Below, in pieces: positions 60,437 through 64,000 of a stretch of DNA of 64,000 nucleotides. The stretch is from Candidatus Latescibacterota bacterium (GTDB lineage: Bacteria; Latescibacterota; UBA2968; GCA-2709665): NCBI GenBank assembly GCA_965219455.1, contig OZ244744.1, positions 5,600,001 to 5,664,000 on the forward strand, written 5' to 3'. The notes under the pieces are model-generated. The model searched no databases. It saw only the letters and a list, made by a program, of their open reading frames with translations, and was not told where the DNA came from. The number at the start of each line of letters is the position of its first letter. Position 1 is the stretch's first letter. Both the position numbers and the translations under genes were made by a program.

Positions 60437-61246
60437 ATGCTGAAACGGCTTGTTGTATCCATATGCGCGATATTGTCAATGGTCGCCGCTGCATCGGCTG
60501 GAGAACTGACGCGTGGATTGACCATTTCCGGAGGACAGAACGCCTTCGCAACGCTCACGCTCGAGCGCGTAAACGACCCGGCGGCCGAGAGCGGCGTGCT
60601 CAAGATCCATGTCTCGTTGTCACAGACGAGGAACCTGAAAGGATACGGATTTTCGCTTCAGTTCGATCCGGTGAAGTATGCGTTCCTGGAAGCCAGGGAG
60701 TTGGAGGGCAATCTGCTCAACGCAGTTCCCGGCCGGCAAACGCTGTTCCTGTCTTCGAGCCGGACGCCGGGCCAACTGGATATCGGCGCCGTGAAAGTGG
60801 ATGGCCAGGGCGCCAGCGGCGAGGGCAAGCTCGTCGAGCTAGTATTCAGGACGAGCGGCACGCCGGCCGCTGCTGACTTTCAGGTCTCGGAGAGCGTGCT
60901 GGTGGGGCTGGACGGTAAGCTGGACGCGGCGGCACGCGTTCAAGTCGGCGATTTGAAGCCGTTGCCCGACCGGTTTGCTCTGGATCAGAATATGCCGAAT
61001 CCCTTCAACCCCGCCACCGTCATCGGATATCAGTTGCCCGAAGCGGGTCGGGTGCGGCTGGCGATATATAACCTGCTGGGCCAGGAGGTTCGCGTTCTGG
61101 TCGACGAACAAATGGAAGCCGGTTCATTCACGGCGACCTGGGATAGCACAGACGAACTGGGCCGTCGGGTAGCCAGCGGCGTCTATCTGTATCGGATCCA
61201 GGCCGACGATGTCTCCGCCTCCAGGCGAATGTTATTGTTGAAATAG
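60437..61246 (+). CDS. Exported cohesin-like protein with FlgD-Ig / T9SS type-A-like C-terminal domain
   Basis: Signal peptide AAASA; LKGYGFSLQFDP..GKLVELVF; LDQNMPNPFNPATVIGYQLP..IYNLLGQEV..WDSTDELGRRVASGVYLYRI..RMLLLK. Confidence 0.88.
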   Translation: MLKRLVVSICAILSMVAAASAGELTRGLTISGGQNAFATLTLERVNDPAAESGVLKIHVSLSQTRNLKGYGFSLQFDPVKYAFLEARELEGNLLNAVPGRQTLFLSSSRTPGQLDIGAVKVDGQGASGEGKLVELVFRTSGTPAAADFQVSESVLVGLDGKLDAAARVQVGDLKPLPDRFALDQNMPNPFNPATVIGYQLPEAGRVRLAIYNLLGQEVRVLVDEQMEAGSFTATWDSTDELGRRVASGVYLYRIQADDVSASRRMLLLK

Positions 61247-61364
61247 GCGTGGACCGATTTTCACCCTTGCACGGTGGACCCGACACCATTGGTAGCGGTC
61301 CTTGTTGCTGTCTGACCCGCCAACAAGCGGGAAGCGGCGGGGCAATGTGTCCTTCCGCTGTAGT

Positions 61365-61532
61365 CGCGGGCTTCCGGTTGGTGTCACCCCCACCGATGGG
61401 GCTTCCCGTGTTGCGTCGGATCTCCTTGTATACGTGCCGTCGCCATTACCCCGGCGGGACCGTTGGGTGCGCGCGTTGCCTTCTTCCCCAACGACGGCGG
61501 CCTTCCCCGAAATTCAGCCGGGTCGGCTCCCG
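61365..61532 (-). mobile_element. Group II intron domain I fragment (no RT ORF, no domain V seen)
   Basis: Reverse complement GGGAGCCGACCCGGCT..GGGGAAGGCCGC..CCCGCCGGGGTAATGGCGACGGCACG..CGACGCAACACGGGAAGCCC is typical bacterial group II intron 5' sequence. Confidence 0.7.
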
Positions 61533-61777
61533 GCAAGCCTGCGCCTCTTCCAGGATGTGAAGCTTGTACTGCGCGGTGAACCGACGGCGCTTCGCACGCT
61601 CCACAACTTCGGGATCAGGCCTCGCCGTTGTGGAGGTCCCGCGCGGGACCTCCACAACCATAGACCGCTCTCTGCCATTGTCTACAACATCGGTTCTTGA
61701 CCTCATCGCATGCTCTCCTCTCCGCCCTCAAGACTACACTAAACTCGGATGGGGAGTTGTCTCACTATATATTGGCA
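61533..61777 (-). mobile_element. IS3-family left-end remnant with truncated OrfA
   Basis: Terminus TGCCAATATAGTGAGACAACT; PDPEVVERAKRRRFTAQYKLHILEEAQAC. Confidence 0.78.
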
Positions 61778-62155
61778 CGTAGGGTGCCGCATGATTTATT
61801 GGCAATGTACAGACGCTTCAATGGTTACCTACTAAAACGAGAGCCATTGCCGGGTATGGCGAATTTCTGCCTGACGATTCTTGAAAGGGAATTCCCGAAA
61901 AATGCCCGCAAGAATGCTGCCAATAAATATGGTATTGATAACCGTGTGCTCCAGGAGGTTGGAAACCTAGCCGCCAATAAGGGTGGCGGAAGGTCTGCAA
62001 GGAAGGCCGACGGTATTGCCAGTGATCTTACAAAGGATGAATCCTTCTTGATTGAAGAGGCTGTCAAGGCGATGATCCTCAGGCTGACGGACGTGTCATT
62101 TGACCGTGACGAACGGTACCCTAAAATCACTCTTGAAGATCTGTCCATCGTATAA
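61778..62155 (+). pseudogene. 3' fragment of a hypothetical gene cut by the IS3 end
   Basis: Protein-like open frame (REPLPGMANFCLTILE..ARKADG..AVKAMILR) begins at the IS boundary without an evident RBS; low GC. Confidence 0.5.
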
Positions 62156-62453
62156 TGTGGAGAAACTGTTCTCTGTGCCTGTGTCAGGTTCTGCGTGCGC
62201 CCAGAGCCAGTGTTTACAATCTTGCCAGTCGAAGAACTAACAAGGGGATCTTATATCTACGCGCTGCACACAATCGCTTCAAATTGTGTCACAGAAGCCC
62301 AAATCGTATGATGGAAGCAAGAAGCCGATGTCAAAGGACCTAATAATCGGCAGAGACAAAAATTGCAAGTCGTCCACGCTAACATCTTGCAAGCGGAAAG
62401 CCCTTGTACGTATTTCCAGCCAGGATGATTGCAGTGACAAAGGGAGTTGACGT

Positions 62454-63881
62454 ATGAATTCCGATCCCGAAAATTACTCCAAATGGAGACCTATGGTCAG
62501 CTATTTGAAACATCGTTTCGTTTTTTTCGTCACCCGATTCGTGCTGCTGATCGCGATACTAGCGGCTGTACTAATAACGCCCCTTATGGTATTCGCGTTG
62601 AGCGTGGCATTGATCTTGGTGTCAATTTACATTTTCGGATGGGATTCGGGAAATTTAAGCAAGTTATTTAATTTAAAAAGCTTGAATTGGGTTTCGTTGG
62701 CATTCAAAAACTCACATAATATAGCAATTGTCACCCTGCTTCTCATTCTGCTACTTAGTTCAAATAAACGTCTTAGAAATTCGCTATCGAACATCTTAGT
62801 AAATGCTGGTGGCGTTTTTCAGAAACCAGTACAAATAGAAGTCGATAACGAGAAAAGTCCGTATGGTATCTGGCGCTACTACTTCAAGAAGATATGGCCG
62901 TCATTGAAATCAACGTATGCCGAATTTTTCGCATTGCTTACGCTGGCGGCCTACCCTAATCTGCGGCGTTTTTTTACTAACGTGTGGAAGTACATAGTAG
63001 AACCAATCACTAAGTACAAAGAACTTATTGTCGCTGTTGCGTCGATCTCGGTTATTACGTCCGTTACTTTTAATGTAGTGATACAAGAACATAGGGGTCC
63101 GGGCCCCACTGAGGCATGGAGTGACAGCGTCACAGCGATGTTTGGCGCTCTCAAAGACACGGTGAATGGAATCGCAATTCCAGGCACCAAGGAGTGGAGA
63201 GACAGTGTTACTAATTCACTTAAAAATATCGAAGAAAACGTAGTTCGCGCTACACCGTCCATATCCTACTTGTTCAAGGAGGATGACGAGTTTTTGTTGG
63301 TTTATCGGGAAGGAGATTTGAAAACAAAGGATGGTATCTGTCCGGATGATAGAAACTCGAAGTGGTTGGAGTTGTTCAAGTCCATGATTGTAGACACCCA
63401 CACGAACACGGACCCGACGTGCTTGGAACTGAAAATAAGTGGATTCGCGAGCATTTCGCCTGTGCTTGTCGGTGGAGTTATAGATAGCCTGCGGTCGGAT
63501 GCGCTCAATTGCGAAATCGCCAATCAGCGCGCGGAGGCACTCGTCTACTTCTTGACGACCGAGCCCTACGACTCGACAGAATGCAGGACTGTACTTAACG
63601 ACGATCGTCGATGGGGGCGAACTGACGGCGAAATCATTAAGCGTGGTAGGCCAGATACATCTGCGTGGAATAAGACAGACTTTGTCCTGACATACGATCA
63701 ATCATTGGGTGTCCGATTGGATGGACCACACTTCGATGTCACGTACAATCCGTGGAAAAAATATGAGGATATGGCAAAGGAAAAGCCGGCAAAAGACGAT
63801 TCATCAGGTGTCGCCTTACAACACGACCTCCAGTTTGTCAACCGCTCCGCGCATATCACTATTGGGCGAGGCGCCAACTGA
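62454..63881 (+). CDS. Low-GC membrane protein with a divergent OmpA/MotB-like C-terminal domain
   Basis: Several N-terminal TM segments; KISGFAS..NCEIANQRAEAL..VNRSAHITI resembles OmpA-C motifs; SD GGGAG. Confidence 0.55.
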   Translation: MNSDPENYSKWRPMVSYLKHRFVFFVTRFVLLIAILAAVLITPLMVFALSVALILVSIYIFGWDSGNLSKLFNLKSLNWVSLAFKNSHNIAIVTLLLILLLSSNKRLRNSLSNILVNAGGVFQKPVQIEVDNEKSPYGIWRYYFKKIWPSLKSTYAEFFALLTLAAYPNLRRFFTNVWKYIVEPITKYKELIVAVASISVITSVTFNVVIQEHRGPGPTEAWSDSVTAMFGALKDTVNGIAIPGTKEWRDSVTNSLKNIEENVVRATPSISYLFKEDDEFLLVYREGDLKTKDGICPDDRNSKWLELFKSMIVDTHTNTDPTCLELKISGFASISPVLVGGVIDSLRSDALNCEIANQRAEALVYFLTTEPYDSTECRTVLNDDRRWGRTDGEIIKRGRPDTSAWNKTDFVLTYDQSLGVRLDGPHFDVTYNPWKKYEDMAKEKPAKDDSSGVALQHDLQFVNRSAHITIGRGAN

Positions 63882-64000
63882 ACAACGGGATTGGACAGAA
63901 CTAGACGATTGGAATAAATCTCTGGTTTTTGTGTTAGTTAAGAAGAACTAACGGATCATTACAGGCCGAGTCTTCTTCCTTTCTCAATTGACATTCTAGC

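Noticed and set aside
61365-61532. Active group II intron
   Set aside because: Only part of domain I remains; no 5' GTGCG end, RT ORF or domain V/VI seen

Overview
GC-rich bacterial chromosomal window, most likely FCB superphylum (Latescibacterota/Gemmatimonadota-like) and possibly host- or sponge-associated. This is inferred from a short RpoD-type sigma, a bS22-like peptide, EF-hand/dockerin-like modules, an FlgD-Ig C-terminal domain and a long plant-type LRR protein. 1-52.9 kb is mostly housekeeping and metabolic: mlaFE, sigma-70, tRNA-Arg(CCG), a bS22-like small ORF missed by the ORF track, HU, a heterodimeric ABC exporter, a sugar/sulfate catabolic cluster, a PPK2-type AMP phosphotransferase, lysC, hprK, map, two different Feo iron-uptake operons with three DtxR-family regulators, and an internally duplicated UxaA-family dehydratase. 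It also holds a complete IS1380, four copies of a TA-flanked MITE, nested palindromic repeats and a 6S-like rod RNA. 52.9-64 kb is accessory: a duplicated promoter-rpn-terminator cassette in which one copy lost the nuclease half but kept an internal SD-ATG (possible orphan RpnS antitoxin), an ORF-less promoter-to-terminator sRNA antisense to the leader of a 1279-aa cohesin/dockerin/LRR protein, a stand-alone cohesin-like + FlgD-Ig protein, and a fused IS3/group II intron remnant. No CRISPR array, rRNA or reverse transcriptase was seen. All calls come from reading motifs by eye; no searches were run.
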